This document shows positions 28,826-39,033 of a DNA stretch of 64,000 nucleotides, piece by piece. Every line of letters begins with the position of its first letter. The stretch's first letter is position 1. The translations under genes were made by a program, and so were the position numbers. Location of the stretch: the IMG/VR virus record IMGVR_UViG_3300044959_000237, positions 1 through 64,000 of that record. The stretch is one strand, 5' to 3'. This DNA is from a virus. Below the pieces are notes generated by a model, which saw only the letters and a list, made by a program, of their open reading frames with translations, did not search any database and was not told where the DNA came from.

Positions 28826-31732
28826 ATGAGTCAGATTAAAGCAAAACAGATTAAATTACAAAATCAAGGTGATTTGATTATTGGAAATTCCAATGGAAAT
28901 GGAAGTATTCTTTCTATTGGTGTCGAGGATCAGACGCTTCATGTCACGGGTTCTGCTGCATTGTGGAGATACAATGAAAAACTTTTCGATTCTGCAGGAA
29001 ATTTGGTACTCAAAGCCGGATCGTCTGTTGGTTCCGTAAATTATTTTACAGTAACCGGCGCAACTTCAGGAAATTCTCCTTCAATAGAAGCAACAGGATT
29101 CGATTTGAACATCGATATAAATCTTACTCCAAAAGGAACAGGACAGGTTCTTTTACCTTCGGGTTACACTTCGAATATTTCTTCACCAAATGCTGTTGTC
29201 AACAAACAGTATGTGGATAGTTTGATTACAGGATTGGATTGGAAAAATTCAGTAAAAGTGGCTACTACTTCTTCTTCCGATTTATCAGGTTATACGTATA
29301 ATCCAACAAACGAACCTGTTGGTTTTGTATGGACAGGTGTTGCGGTAGCTCCAACAATCGATGGCATAACTTTATCGAATGGTGATAGACTTTTGATCAA
29401 AAATTCACCAGATGCCAGAGGAAATGGTATTTTTGTATATGATGCTGCCAATCAGGCTTTTGTCAGAGCCGAGGATGCAAATACAAGTGATGAAGTTTCC
29501 GATGGGCTTGCGGTTTTTGTCGAGCAGGGGACAGTAAATGCTTCAACTGGTTGGTTGATAACCAGTCCCGATGGTCCGGCAAATTTCGGAACGGATAACA
29601 TCATATTTACACAATTTGCCGGACAAAATCTGTATGTCGCTGGTTCTGGTTTGAGTTTGACCGGAAATGTATTTTCCGTGAATGATTCGACAACAATTGG
29701 TATAGATGGATCGAATAATGTTATTGTTCGATCAAACAATGTCAATGGTAATGTTCTTATATCTACCGGATTGGCAGGACAAGAAGCCAGTTGGGGTCCC
29801 CTCGATCTTTCGAATGCAAATTCGGTAACCAATTCACTCAAGGTTGTCAACGGTGGTACCGGTTTGAGTGCTGTTCCTTCGGGTGCGATACTTTACGGCA
29901 ATGGAACCGATAATCTTCGAACTTTGTCCATCGGGCCGGCATCTACAAATAATCTTGCATATGTTTTGCAGACAAATTCAACCGGCGAAGCTCCACAGTG
30001 GAGTACACTTACTCTGAATAAACTTCTGGATGTTTCGGTCCCATCTCCAAATTTTGAAGATATTTTGACTTTTGATGGAACCGAGTGGGTTGCTGTAAAT
30101 ACAAACCAATTGGATAGACTTGTTCGTGTATCGAACAACGATACAACTTCCGGATATTTGAGTGACAAACTGGTTGCTGCAACAAACGGAGCCTTGCAAT
30201 TTACAATAGCAAATCCGTCGGGTTACGAAGATTATGTTGTTTCGGTCAGAGTTGACAATACTACGGTTCGTATCAACGGCGGAAACGATCTTGCAGTTGG
30301 CAACGGAGCGAACAATCAGGTTTTGATCGGACAAGGTGCAGGCAACGATGCCGTATGGAGTTATCTTAACACTTTGAGAAATTCATCAGGAAATGCATTG
30401 TTCACGGTCAATGGAACAAATGTCAGTGGTGCAACAACGTTGTCGGCCGGTGTGAATTCGACAGATCTCACTGTTGGTGGTGGTGATTTCAATATAATTA
30501 CCACGAGCGGCAATATCATATTGAATGGTGTCAGATTTCCTTCTCCCGTACCAGAAAGATCGGTTCTTGTTGCAAATACGAACAATGTGCTGATTGCATT
30601 GCAAGCTTCGCCAAATGAAAATCAGTTGTTGCAATGGAATGTAGCATTGTCGGCGTTCGAATTTATCGATACGAGTGCCGTTGCCGGAAATTCATTTACC
30701 GTATTCAGTTTCAATGGAAATGCATCCGGTGGTAATCTGGTTGCCGATAGTGCATCCGATACACTCACGGTAAGTGCCGGTGTTGGTATTACATTGGTTT
30801 CGGAACCTGCAACAGATAAAGTAAATATTTCATTCTCAAGAGATGGAATGACAGAAGTTGCGGTTCAGTTGGCTGATACACTTCCATACTTCGATTCATC
30901 CAATTCGAACAAACCAGAATATCGTTCATTTGTGGGACTTTTTTCGGATCTCGATGTTCCGTTCAACATTATTTTCGATGGTCTTCTGACAAGAACTGCA
31001 AATGACACATATACTTCGAGAATGATTCTTGCATCGACTGATGATGAGAAGCTTGGTATTTCAGTTGACAACGGTAATGGTGTTGCTGGTAATCCGACAA
31101 TTGGCCTTGATATTAAAGGTTTACCATTGAATCCGGGACAACCCGAGCCAATTGATACGATTGCAATGTATAGTAAATCTTTGGATAAAAATTTCTTTGT
31201 AAGTTTTGATGATATTTTTTCATCTCTATTAATATCGGCAAATTTCAAATGGCAATCCATTACGGATGGAACAACTACAATATTTGCGTTGTATCCAAAT
31301 GATGCGTTGACTGTGGTTGGAAGTGGAATATTTCTCGGATTGAATCCTGCGGCAAGAAGAATAGAATTCAACATAAATATTGCTTCTCTTTCTCCGATAA
31401 CAGTCAGCGGCACACAAGCAAGTGCTTACAGTATACTTGTCTATAATGGTACAAATGGTCATCGTGTTACCAATTTGCAAACGGCGGTCATTTCTCAAGT
31501 CAAGGAAAGTTATGCATCGGCAAATGCTACCGGTGCGGCAAACGAATCATTTATAGGATTTTTTGCAAATTCGAATATTGTGGATGAAAATGTGAAAGTT
31601 TACTTCAATGGACTTGCTCTGAAAAGAGGAGGATGGACAAGAACTGGAACTACCTTGACATTGGTCGATTCTGTAAACGGTTATTCTACAGAGCCGGGAG
31701 ATGTTATTACGGCTACTTATCTTGTTCAGTAA
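28826..31732 (+). CDS. Long tail fibre-like protein
   Basis: 968 aa with VNKQYVD...GLDWK-x-SVK, GDRLLIK, FVEQGT, NGGTG, GVAGNPTI and C-terminal VYFNGL...GDVITATY. ATAAATA at 28765-28771. Confidence 0.85.
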   Translation: MSQIKAKQIKLQNQGDLIIGNSNGNGSILSIGVEDQTLHVTGSAALWRYNEKLFDSAGNLVLKAGSSVGSVNYFTVTGATSGNSPSIEATGFDLNIDINLTPKGTGQVLLPSGYTSNISSPNAVVNKQYVDSLITGLDWKNSVKVATTSSSDLSGYTYNPTNEPVGFVWTGVAVAPTIDGITLSNGDRLLIKNSPDARGNGIFVYDAANQAFVRAEDANTSDEVSDGLAVFVEQGTVNASTGWLITSPDGPANFGTDNIIFTQFAGQNLYVAGSGLSLTGNVFSVNDSTTIGIDGSNNVIVRSNNVNGNVLISTGLAGQEASWGPLDLSNANSVTNSLKVVNGGTGLSAVPSGAILYGNGTDNLRTLSIGPASTNNLAYVLQTNSTGEAPQWSTLTLNKLLDVSVPSPNFEDILTFDGTEWVAVNTNQLDRLVRVSNNDTTSGYLSDKLVAATNGALQFTIANPSGYEDYVVSVRVDNTTVRINGGNDLAVGNGANNQVLIGQGAGNDAVWSYLNTLRNSSGNALFTVNGTNVSGATTLSAGVNSTDLTVGGGDFNIITTSGNIILNGVRFPSPVPERSVLVANTNNVLIALQASPNENQLLQWNVALSAFEFIDTSAVAGNSFTVFSFNGNASGGNLVADSASDTLTVSAGVGITLVSEPATDKVNISFSRDGMTEVAVQLADTLPYFDSSNSNKPEYRSFVGLFSDLDVPFNIIFDGLLTRTANDTYTSRMILASTDDEKLGISVDNGNGVAGNPTIGLDIKGLPLNPGQPEPIDTIAMYSKSLDKNFFVSFDDIFSSLLISANFKWQSITDGTTTIFALYPNDALTVVGSGIFLGLNPAARRIEFNINIASLSPITVSGTQASAYSILVYNGTNGHRVTNLQTAVISQVKESYASANATGAANESFIGFFANSNIVDENVKVYFNGLALKRGGWTRTGTTLTLVDSVNGYSTEPGDVITATYLVQ

Positions 31733-31763
31733 AAAATAATTTTCTTGATTTGTCTACACAAAC

Positions 31764-31795
31764 AAGGGAGATTGAAAAATCTCCCTTATTTTTTT
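31764..31795 (+). terminator. Intrinsic terminator
   Basis: AAGGGAGATT-GAAA-AATCTCCCTT followed by a T run, after the fibre gene. Confidence 0.8.
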
Positions 31796-31825
31796 GACAT
31801 AAATAAAATAAAAAAGGTTTGCCAA

Positions 31826-32188
31826 ATGAACAACAATGATAATGAAAATGGTTTCATTTATGTAGAAAGATGGTATCAGAGAGCATGGAGACCAATGATG
31901 GCCATGCTCTACATGCTTTTGAATTTTTTCGACTATGTTGTTCGTCCGATAATAAATTATATGTATGTAAAAAATGTCGATATAGTAACTGTTTTGTTAC
32001 AGTTGAAAGATTTGGATACGGTTGTTCAAATCAAAATCATAGAAACTTTGGGAAATTCCGTTATTCCTCCCATTATGCCAGAATTTTTGCATATTGCTTT
32101 TGCTGCAGTTCTTGGCGTGGCTGCATATAGTCGAGGTATGGAAAAAAATTTCATACAAGGTTCGATAATAAAAAACAATTCACAATAA
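31826..32188 (+). CDS. Holin-like membrane protein (3TM/GTA-holin-like)
   Basis: WRP-x3-MLY...FD...HIAFAAVLG-x2-AY-x-RG-x-EK; ATAAATA at 31799-31805. Confidence 0.65.
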   Translation: MNNNDNENGFIYVERWYQRAWRPMMAMLYMLLNFFDYVVRPIINYMYVKNVDIVTVLLQLKDLDTVVQIKIIETLGNSVIPPIMPEFLHIAFAAVLGVAAYSRGMEKNFIQGSIIKNNSQ

Positions 32189-32552
32189 TTAAGTAAAGAA
32201 ATTTTTCAATTTATTTGTAATTAATTTATGAAAACAAAATCGATAATAAAAAATCATGAAAGACAATTATACAATTACATTTGAATTGAACTGAAAATTT
32301 ATATTAAAGTTTTGTAAAAAAAAGCATTACAAATTTTTGAAATTCAAAAACTTCAAAAATCATGATAAAAAATTCATTTTTGCAAATTTTATGTTCGAAT
32401 ATCTTCATGAAATCGATTTTTGTATCTTTGATGGAACAATTTCGAATCACTTCGAAAAATCATGAAATTTTTTTATTTTTTTTTTTTAGTTTCCTTTCAA
32501 CTTGTTAAATATTATTGTAATAGTAATACATTCAAAACAAAAAGGTAACAAA

Positions 32553-34508
32553 ATGAAAAAAACCATTTTAAGAAACAATTACAGAAAAGCAGTAGAAATA
32601 ATGGATTTTTCAGAATATATGGAAAAACTTAAAAAAGACAGAAGCTTTTACGCATCACCAGCAGAAAGATTACTCAAGGCGATAGGAGAACCGGAACTGA
32701 TCAATACGAAAGAAGATACAAGATTATCCAAAATATTCGGAAACGAAACAATAAAGTTGTATCCTGCTTTCAAAGATTTTTATGGAATGGAAAAAACAAT
32801 AGAAAATATCGTCAATTATTTCAAATTCGTAGCACAAGGTTTGGAAGAAAAAAAGCAGATTCTTTATTTGTTGGGACCAGTCGGAGGCGGTAAATCATCT
32901 CTCGTAGAAAGAATAAAATATTTGATGGAAAAAGAACCGATATATGTTTTGGCTTTCGAAGTAAAAGACAAAGAAGGCAACAAAATAATTCAACATAGTC
33001 CGGTTTTCGAAAGTCCTCTGGGACTTTTTTCGAAAGAAAACGATGCAGAAATGTTACTGAGAGAATATGGTGTCGAATCGAGATATATTCCATCGGTGGC
33101 TTCCCCTTGGGCAATAAAAAGACTCGATGAAATTGATGGTGATGAATCGAAAATAAAAGTCGTAAAAATGTATCCATGCAGATTGAGGCAAATTGCCATA
33201 GCAAAAACGGAACCCGGTGATGAAAACAATACCGACGTCGGCTCTCTGGTCGGAAAACTCGATTTGAGAAAATTGAATATATATTCGCAAAACGATCCGG
33301 ATGCTTACAATTACTCCGGTGCTCTTTGCAGAGGAAATCAAGGCGTTGTAGATATAGTAGAAATATTCAAATCTCCGAAAGATACATTGCATCCTCTATT
33401 GACAGCCACTCAGGAAGGAAACTTTACCGGAACCGAAGAAATTGGCCCGATTCCGTTCTCGGGAATCATTCTTGCCCATTCGAATGAAACTGAATGGAAA
33501 AAATTTCGGAACAATCCGGCCAACGAAGCTTTCATAGATAGAATCTATAAAATAACCGTTCCTTATTGCCTGAGATATAGTGATGAAGTTAAAATATACA
33601 AAAAAATGCTTTCAGAAAGCAATTTGAAAGATGCTCAAACAGCACCACAAACATTGGAAACATTGGCACAATGGTCGGTTTTGACCAGATTGAAAGATCC
33701 TTCTACAGGATCCATTTATACAAAAATGAAAATTTACAATGGAGATTATATACAAAATACTGATCCGGCTGCAAAAACTTACAAGGATTATGTCGAGGAA
33801 GCCGGTTTGAATGAAGGAATGTTCGGCTCTTCGACAAGAACAGCTTTCAAACTTCTGAGTAAAACATACAATGCAGACAATGAAGAAATTGCAGCCGATC
33901 CAATAACATTGCTTTATATAATAGAAGAGCATATCGACAATGAACAATTGTCCGATGACATAAAAGAAAAATACAAATCTTTCATCAAACGTTATCTTGT
34001 TCCAAATTATTTCGAATTCATTTCGAATGAATTGAGAAAAGCATATCTTGAAAGTTACCATGATTATGGTCAGAACATTTTTGAAACATATTTTACATAC
34101 GCTGACAAGTGGTGTGACAACGAAGAATATGTGGATCCGGAAACAAAACAAACTTTTGATCGTGAATATTTGAACAAGGAACTGGAAAAAATTGAAAAAG
34201 CCGCAAATATTGCAAATCCGAAAGATTTCAGATTCGAAACGGTGAAATGGATTTACAGAAGAAAAGCCGATAATGACGGCAGAATGCCAGATTGGACAGA
34301 ATATGAAAAATTGAAAGATGTAATCGAGAAAAAAATGTTCGAAACAATCGATGATTTGCTGCCAGTAATTTCATTCAGTAAGAAATCGAGCAAGGAAATC
34401 GAAAAGAAACATGAGGAATTTGTAGATAGAATGATAAAAAAGGGTTATACCAAAAAACAAATCAAAAGATTGGTAGAATGGTTCATAAGAGTCAAGACGA
34501 ACAGGTAA
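32553..34508 (+). CDS. prkA: PrkA/YeaG family AAA+ protein (serine kinase/ATPase)
   Basis: Walker A LLGPVGGGKSS, plus KTEPGDENN, DPDAY-x-YSG, LHPLLTATQEG, AHSNE and VPYCLR. Confidence 0.95.
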   Translation: MKKTILRNNYRKAVEIMDFSEYMEKLKKDRSFYASPAERLLKAIGEPELINTKEDTRLSKIFGNETIKLYPAFKDFYGMEKTIENIVNYFKFVAQGLEEKKQILYLLGPVGGGKSSLVERIKYLMEKEPIYVLAFEVKDKEGNKIIQHSPVFESPLGLFSKENDAEMLLREYGVESRYIPSVASPWAIKRLDEIDGDESKIKVVKMYPCRLRQIAIAKTEPGDENNTDVGSLVGKLDLRKLNIYSQNDPDAYNYSGALCRGNQGVVDIVEIFKSPKDTLHPLLTATQEGNFTGTEEIGPIPFSGIILAHSNETEWKKFRNNPANEAFIDRIYKITVPYCLRYSDEVKIYKKMLSESNLKDAQTAPQTLETLAQWSVLTRLKDPSTGSIYTKMKIYNGDYIQNTDPAAKTYKDYVEEAGLNEGMFGSSTRTAFKLLSKTYNADNEEIAADPITLLYIIEEHIDNEQLSDDIKEKYKSFIKRYLVPNYFEFISNELRKAYLESYHDYGQNIFETYFTYADKWCDNEEYVDPETKQTFDREYLNKELEKIEKAANIANPKDFRFETVKWIYRRKADNDGRMPDWTEYEKLKDVIEKKMFETIDDLLPVISFSKKSSKEIEKKHEEFVDRMIKKGYTKKQIKRLVEWFIRVKTNR

Positions 34509-34525
34509 CAACAAAAGTAATACAA

Positions 34526-35821
34526 ATGAAACATTACATAATAGATAGAAGAAAAAATCCAAAAGGTAAAAGTGTAACAAATCGACAGAAATTCATTGAA
34601 AAATACAAAAAACAAATAAAGGAAGTTGTCAAGAAATCAATAAAAGAAGGAAAAATTCAGGATATTGGAAATGATGGTGCAATTGTTACAATTCCGAAAG
34701 ATAATTTATCGGAACCGAATATCGATTATGACAGAAAAACCGGAAAAAAAGATCTGGTTGTTCCTCATAATCCCGGATACAATGAAGGAGATACTATTGA
34801 AAAACCCAAAGGAGGAGGCGGAAACGGTACAGGAAAGGGAAACGCTTCCGGTTCCGGAGAAGGCGAAGATCAGTTTCAATTCAAGATCAGTCGTGACGAA
34901 TTTTTCGACTTGCTTTTCGAAGATCTGGAATTACCAAATCTTGTAAAAAAGAAGTTCGAAGAACTTGAACAATTCAAGTTGAAAAGAGCCGGGTTCAAAA
35001 ATCGTGGTGATCCCGTAAATCTCGACATAAAACAAACTTTCAGAAAAAGTTACATGAGGCGAATAAGTCTCAATCGTCCAGATGAAAGTGAAATCGAAGA
35101 TTTGGAAGTAAAAATCAAAAACGAAAAAGACGAGAACAAGAAAAAGGAATTGATTCGACAACTCGAAGAAATGAAAAGAAAAATTTTAGAAATTCCTTTT
35201 CTCGACAATCTGGATTTGAAATTGAGAAATTTCGAACCCAGACCCTTGCCTTCGAATAGAGCCGTCATGTTTGCCATCATGGATGTTTCAGCATCCATGG
35301 ACGAAGAAAAAAAGACCATTTCCAAAATATTCTTTCTTCTTCTTTATACTTTTTTGAGAAAAAAATACGACAAGGTGGAAATAGTTTTCATAAGACATCA
35401 TTCTGTTGCAGAAGAAACAAACGAAGAAGACTTTTTTCACAAGAAAGAAACAGGTGGTACGGTTGTCAGTTCTGCTCTCGAACTGTCTTTGAAAATAATA
35501 GAAGAAAGATATTCGCCAGAAGAATGGAACATATATTTTTCTCAAAGTTCCGATGGTGACAATTACGAGACAGACAATTCCAAAGTTATTGCTTTGACAA
35601 ATAAAATTTTGGACATATGTCAGTATTTTGCTTATATAGAAATTGATACAAGATATTCCAATTACGATATCTGGAACATGAATACGATACGGGGAGAAAC
35701 AAGTTTGTGGAAAACTTACAAAAAGATCAATAATCCAATTCTTCAAATGTCTGTTATAAGAAACAGAAAAGAAATCTGGAACGTATTCAGAAGTTTGTTT
35801 TCGAAAAACGAAAAACAGTAA
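34526..35821 (+). CDS. yeaH: YeaH/YhbH family (DUF444, vWA-like)
   Basis: Motifs IIDRR-x-N, LFEDLELPNL, MDVSASM, VFIRHH, ETGGTVVSSAL and SDGDN; directly after prkA. Confidence 0.94.
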   Translation: MKHYIIDRRKNPKGKSVTNRQKFIEKYKKQIKEVVKKSIKEGKIQDIGNDGAIVTIPKDNLSEPNIDYDRKTGKKDLVVPHNPGYNEGDTIEKPKGGGGNGTGKGNASGSGEGEDQFQFKISRDEFFDLLFEDLELPNLVKKKFEELEQFKLKRAGFKNRGDPVNLDIKQTFRKSYMRRISLNRPDESEIEDLEVKIKNEKDENKKKELIRQLEEMKRKILEIPFLDNLDLKLRNFEPRPLPSNRAVMFAIMDVSASMDEEKKTISKIFFLLLYTFLRKKYDKVEIVFIRHHSVAEETNEEDFFHKKETGGTVVSSALELSLKIIEERYSPEEWNIYFSQSSDGDNYETDNSKVIALTNKILDICQYFAYIEIDTRYSNYDIWNMNTIRGETSLWKTYKKINNPILQMSVIRNRKEIWNVFRSLFSKNEKQ

Positions 35822-35890
35822 ATTGCTCACAATTTCAGTTGCAGATTATCTGTAAAAATATCATGAAAAGTCGAAAAGAAAATTTTCGGA

Positions 35891-36289
35891 CTATTCGATA
35901 GATACGGGTTTTGAAATCAACTTGAAATAAGCTTTTTCTCTGTCTTCGAAGGTTTTGAACAAAATAACAATTTCCAGAGTATCGTCATTTTTTTCATCGT
36001 AAACAATCGTTTTATATAAAGTCAAGATTGGCAAAATTACATTTTCATAATTGAATTCGTATATTTCTTTTTTCAAAATAAAAGTTATACCATACTCGTA
36101 TGATTTTTTTTCCATTGAAAATGTTTCGAAAAATTTTTTCATGTTTCCATAATTTTCAGATTCATCATCAATGTCATCTTCATTTTCGATAAAAGTTATT
36201 TTTATCGACCAGAATTTCGATGAAATATCGGAAAGTTTTTCGAGCAAATTCGACATTTTATCGAATCTAACTTCGATTTTCAATTTCAA
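35891..36289 (-). CDS. Hypothetical protein
   Basis: 132 aa, overlapping the stop of the upstream gene. Confidence 0.55.
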   Translation of the reverse strand: MKLKIEVRFDKMSNLLEKLSDISSKFWSIKITFIENEDDIDDESENYGNMKKFFETFSMEKKSYEYGITFILKKEIYEFNYENVILPILTLYKTIVYDEKNDDTLEIVILFKTFEDREKAYFKLISKPVSIE

Positions 36290-36546
36290 TCCATAATAGA
36301 TTCGACGATATCGATAATGTTTTTTTCTTCTTCGAGTAGCAACATGTTGTTTTTGTTTTTGACAGTAAACATGACACGAATTGTTTTTCTGAGAATTTTT
36401 TTACTCAATCCGGTTTCCTCTTCGATTTTTTTAATCTCTTCGCTGAGATTTTCTCTCAATTCCTTGATTTGTTCCAAAGTATCAATTCCATATTTTACAA
36501 GTGAACGAACTTTCTCGATCTGAGTATTGTTGAGAACTTCATTCAT
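36286..36546 (-). CDS. Small dsDNA-binding protein (T4 DsbA/GapR-like)
   Basis: Helical pattern IKELRENLSEEIKKIEEETGLSKKILRKTIR; GGGAG RBS. Confidence 0.6.
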   Translation of the reverse strand: MNEVLNNTQIEKVRSLVKYGIDTLEQIKELRENLSEEIKKIEEETGLSKKILRKTIRVMFTVKNKNNMLLLEEEKNIIDIVESIMD

Positions 36547-36572
36547 TTTTTTTCTCCCTTTTCGACAAAAGA

Positions 36573-36601
36573 AGAATACAGTAATAAAATAAAAATGTCA
36601 A
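36573..36601 (-). promoter_or_regulatory. Sigma70-like promoter TTGACA-17-TATTCT
   Basis: TTGACA at 36601-36596 and TATTCT at 36578-36573. Confidence 0.6.
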
Positions 36602-36812
36602 TTACTCGTTTCGAGTATATTTGAAAGCAAAACATTTGTCCATGATTGGTTCGTGGGTTTTTTTCGAAATTGCATTCCATTCACTTTCTTGATTGAAGTG
36701 TTTTTTTGTTTTGTTTCTAATTTCAGTTCGAACAGAATGATTTCAGTTACTTGCGATTTAATGTAAAAAAAAAACTGGAATGAAAATCATTTTCTGTAAA
36801 GAAAAAACCTGC

Positions 36813-36841
36813 TTGACAGATTTTCTTTTCTTGTGTAGAAA
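36813..36841 (+). promoter_or_regulatory. Sigma70-like promoter TTGACA-17-TAGAAA
   Basis: TTGACA at 36813-36818 with TGTG just before the -10 box. Confidence 0.5.
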
Positions 36842-36889
36842 TTTACAAGAATACGAGTTTTCTTCGTTTTTGAGAACGGGAAATATTAC

Positions 36890-37564
36890 GTGAAAAGCAT
36901 TGTAAAAAGAAAATGTGATTTGAAAGAATTCTTTTTGAAACAATTTTTCTTCTATATGGACGAGAAAAAATCGAAAAGTTGTTGTATTGTTCGTTTTTTT
37001 CTGAAAAGATTTTATCTTGCATCGAAAGAGGAAAACAATAAAGACAGATTTCAAATATTGTTCGACATTTTGAAAAAATTTCTGATCGTAACGAAATTGA
37101 TGAATTTGATTCATTTCTATGTTTTTTATTTCTTGTTCATTTCATTGAAATACAACGATTTTACAATTATTTTCGATTATTTTTTGAACTTTTTGAATCA
37201 CAAAAACATTTACGAAATTTTGAAAGAAGAAAAGAAATATCATCTTGTTTTTGTTTTCGAAGAAATTGATCGATTCGACGATGTAAATAGAAATGTAAAG
37301 AATTTCTTCTTCTCCAAAAAAGAACTTGTTCCTTTTTTGAATGAAAACAAGTACGATATTGTTTTCATGAATAAGGAATTCTTTTTTCTTCGAAGATCGT
37401 TCTTTTCCGAAAATAGTAAACATTTCAATTTCAAGAAAATGTTTTTTCAGGATTTTCTCGAAAAAGCGAAACAGAATGAAAAAAGATTCTGGTATCTACA
37501 TTTGTATGTAATTGAATTGAAAGAACATGAAAACAGAATTTTGTTGGATTTGATGAATTTTTGA
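36890..37564 (+). CDS. Hypothetical protein, paralog of 37651-38586
   Basis: Shares C-terminal KKYH-x-VFVF-x-EI...DIVF...FQDF...FWY-x-H-x-YVI with the next gene. Confidence 0.6.
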   Translation: MKSIVKRKCDLKEFFLKQFFFYMDEKKSKSCCIVRFFLKRFYLASKEENNKDRFQILFDILKKFLIVTKLMNLIHFYVFYFLFISLKYNDFTIIFDYFLNFLNHKNIYEILKEEKKYHLVFVFEEIDRFDDVNRNVKNFFFSKKELVPFLNENKYDIVFMNKEFFFLRRSFFSENSKHFNFKKMFFQDFLEKAKQNEKRFWYLHLYVIELKEHENRILLDLMNF

Positions 37565-37650
37565 TATTGACTTCTTGTTTTTTCTTCTTTATTCTGACAA
37601 TGCAACGGGAAATTTTTTTCGATTGCAAATTTTTCTCGAATTTGTGAAAA

Positions 37651-38586
37651 TTGAAAAAAGTACCAAGTTTTCAGACAATGAATCACGTTTATGATTTCGA
37701 AGTCGAAAACAACATGAAGAAATTTTATTGTTTGAACGATTTTCTGTTCGAACAATTCGAACATTATCTCAATAAAAATAAAATCGAAAATTCAATTATA
37801 TACTGTTTTCTGAAAAATCATGGTTATACATGGAAAGATGAAAACAATAGGGAAATATGTAAAAACAAAATCAAAATTTCAATTTTGAGTACAATTTTGA
37901 AAATTTCCAATTTCGATTTTTCGAAATTTTTTTCGTTCTTTTTGTTTTTCATGGCCATTACTTTTATTTTTTCCATGTATTTCTTCCAGAAAAATTCGAA
38001 TATCGTACTTTTGTTATATTTGTCAATTTTCATTGTTTTTTCATGTTATTTTACAATGATCAAAATTTCACATTTTGTCAAAGAAAATCTTATTCGTCAT
38101 CATTTTTTCGAATCGTTGAAATACAATCGAATTTTCAATCTCTTGAATTCTTATCTTTATTATAGAACCATTGATGAAATCTTTTCTTTCGAAAAAAAAT
38201 ATCATGTCGTTTTCGTTTTTCAGGAAATAAACGAATTTTTTGTCGACAAATTTCATTATGAAAAAGTTCATGGTAATTATTACGATTTTCTTCACAAATT
38301 CGAAGACGAGCAATGTTTTATTGTAAATTCTGAAATTGTCAGAGAATTCTACTTTCCAAAAAATGAACTCATCAAAGTTTCAGACGAAAAATGTTTCGAT
38401 ATTGTCTTCAGTAAAAAAAAATTTACAAACATCGAACTTGAAGAGGAAAAACTGAAAAAAAGTTATTTTCAGGATTTTTACAAAGAAGCAAAAGAAAAAG
38501 AAAAAAAATTTTGGTACATTCATGTTTATGTAATAAAGTTCAAAAAAAACGAAGATGAAATTTTTTTGCAGATTCTTTTATCATGA
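37651..38586 (+). CDS. Hypothetical membrane protein, paralog of 36890-37564
   Basis: Two hydrophobic segments plus the shared C-terminal domain. Confidence 0.65.
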   Translation: MKKVPSFQTMNHVYDFEVENNMKKFYCLNDFLFEQFEHYLNKNKIENSIIYCFLKNHGYTWKDENNREICKNKIKISILSTILKISNFDFSKFFSFFLFFMAITFIFSMYFFQKNSNIVLLLYLSIFIVFSCYFTMIKISHFVKENLIRHHFFESLKYNRIFNLLNSYLYYRTIDEIFSFEKKYHVVFVFQEINEFFVDKFHYEKVHGNYYDFLHKFEDEQCFIVNSEIVREFYFPKNELIKVSDEKCFDIVFSKKKFTNIELEEEKLKKSYFQDFYKEAKEKEKKFWYIHVYVIKFKKNEDEIFLQILLS

Positions 38587-38621
38587 ACATTTTTTGAAAA
38601 AAATTTTCGGACTTTCGAAAC

Positions 38622-39029
38622 ATGAGGGTTTTGCACAAAAATTACAATAAGGAGAAAAACAAAATGATGGATATACTATATTCTGGTTCCCTGTTTTTCG
38701 AAAAAATTTCAATTGATTTCGATTTTGACACGAACAAAAACCTGTATCTGTATCCGGTTTTCATGAATTTCAATGACAGAAAAATTTATGTTGGCGATGC
38801 TTATGATCTGAAAACGGCAAATCATATAAGAGAAAATCTGGAACATCTTGTAAAAAATACTTCGGTCGATTTTGGAATAATAAAATTGAAGACGAATTAC
38901 GATCATTTCAATTTTATTGAAAATTTTTTCGAATCGAGAAATATGAATTGCTTGGAAATAGAGAAAAATGAAAATGGAACTTTTGTTGTTTTTATAAAAT
39001 GTTTTTTAATAGTTGAAAAAAATGATTGA
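38622..39029 (+). CDS. Hypothetical protein
   Basis: 135-aa ORF; an internal AAGGAG suggests a start at the MM codons. Confidence 0.6.
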   Translation: MRVLHKNYNKEKNKMMDILYSGSLFFEKISIDFDFDTNKNLYLYPVFMNFNDRKIYVGDAYDLKTANHIRENLEHLVKNTSVDFGIIKLKTNYDHFNFIENFFESRNMNCLEIEKNENGTFVVFIKCFLIVEKND

Positions 39030-39033
39030 AAAA

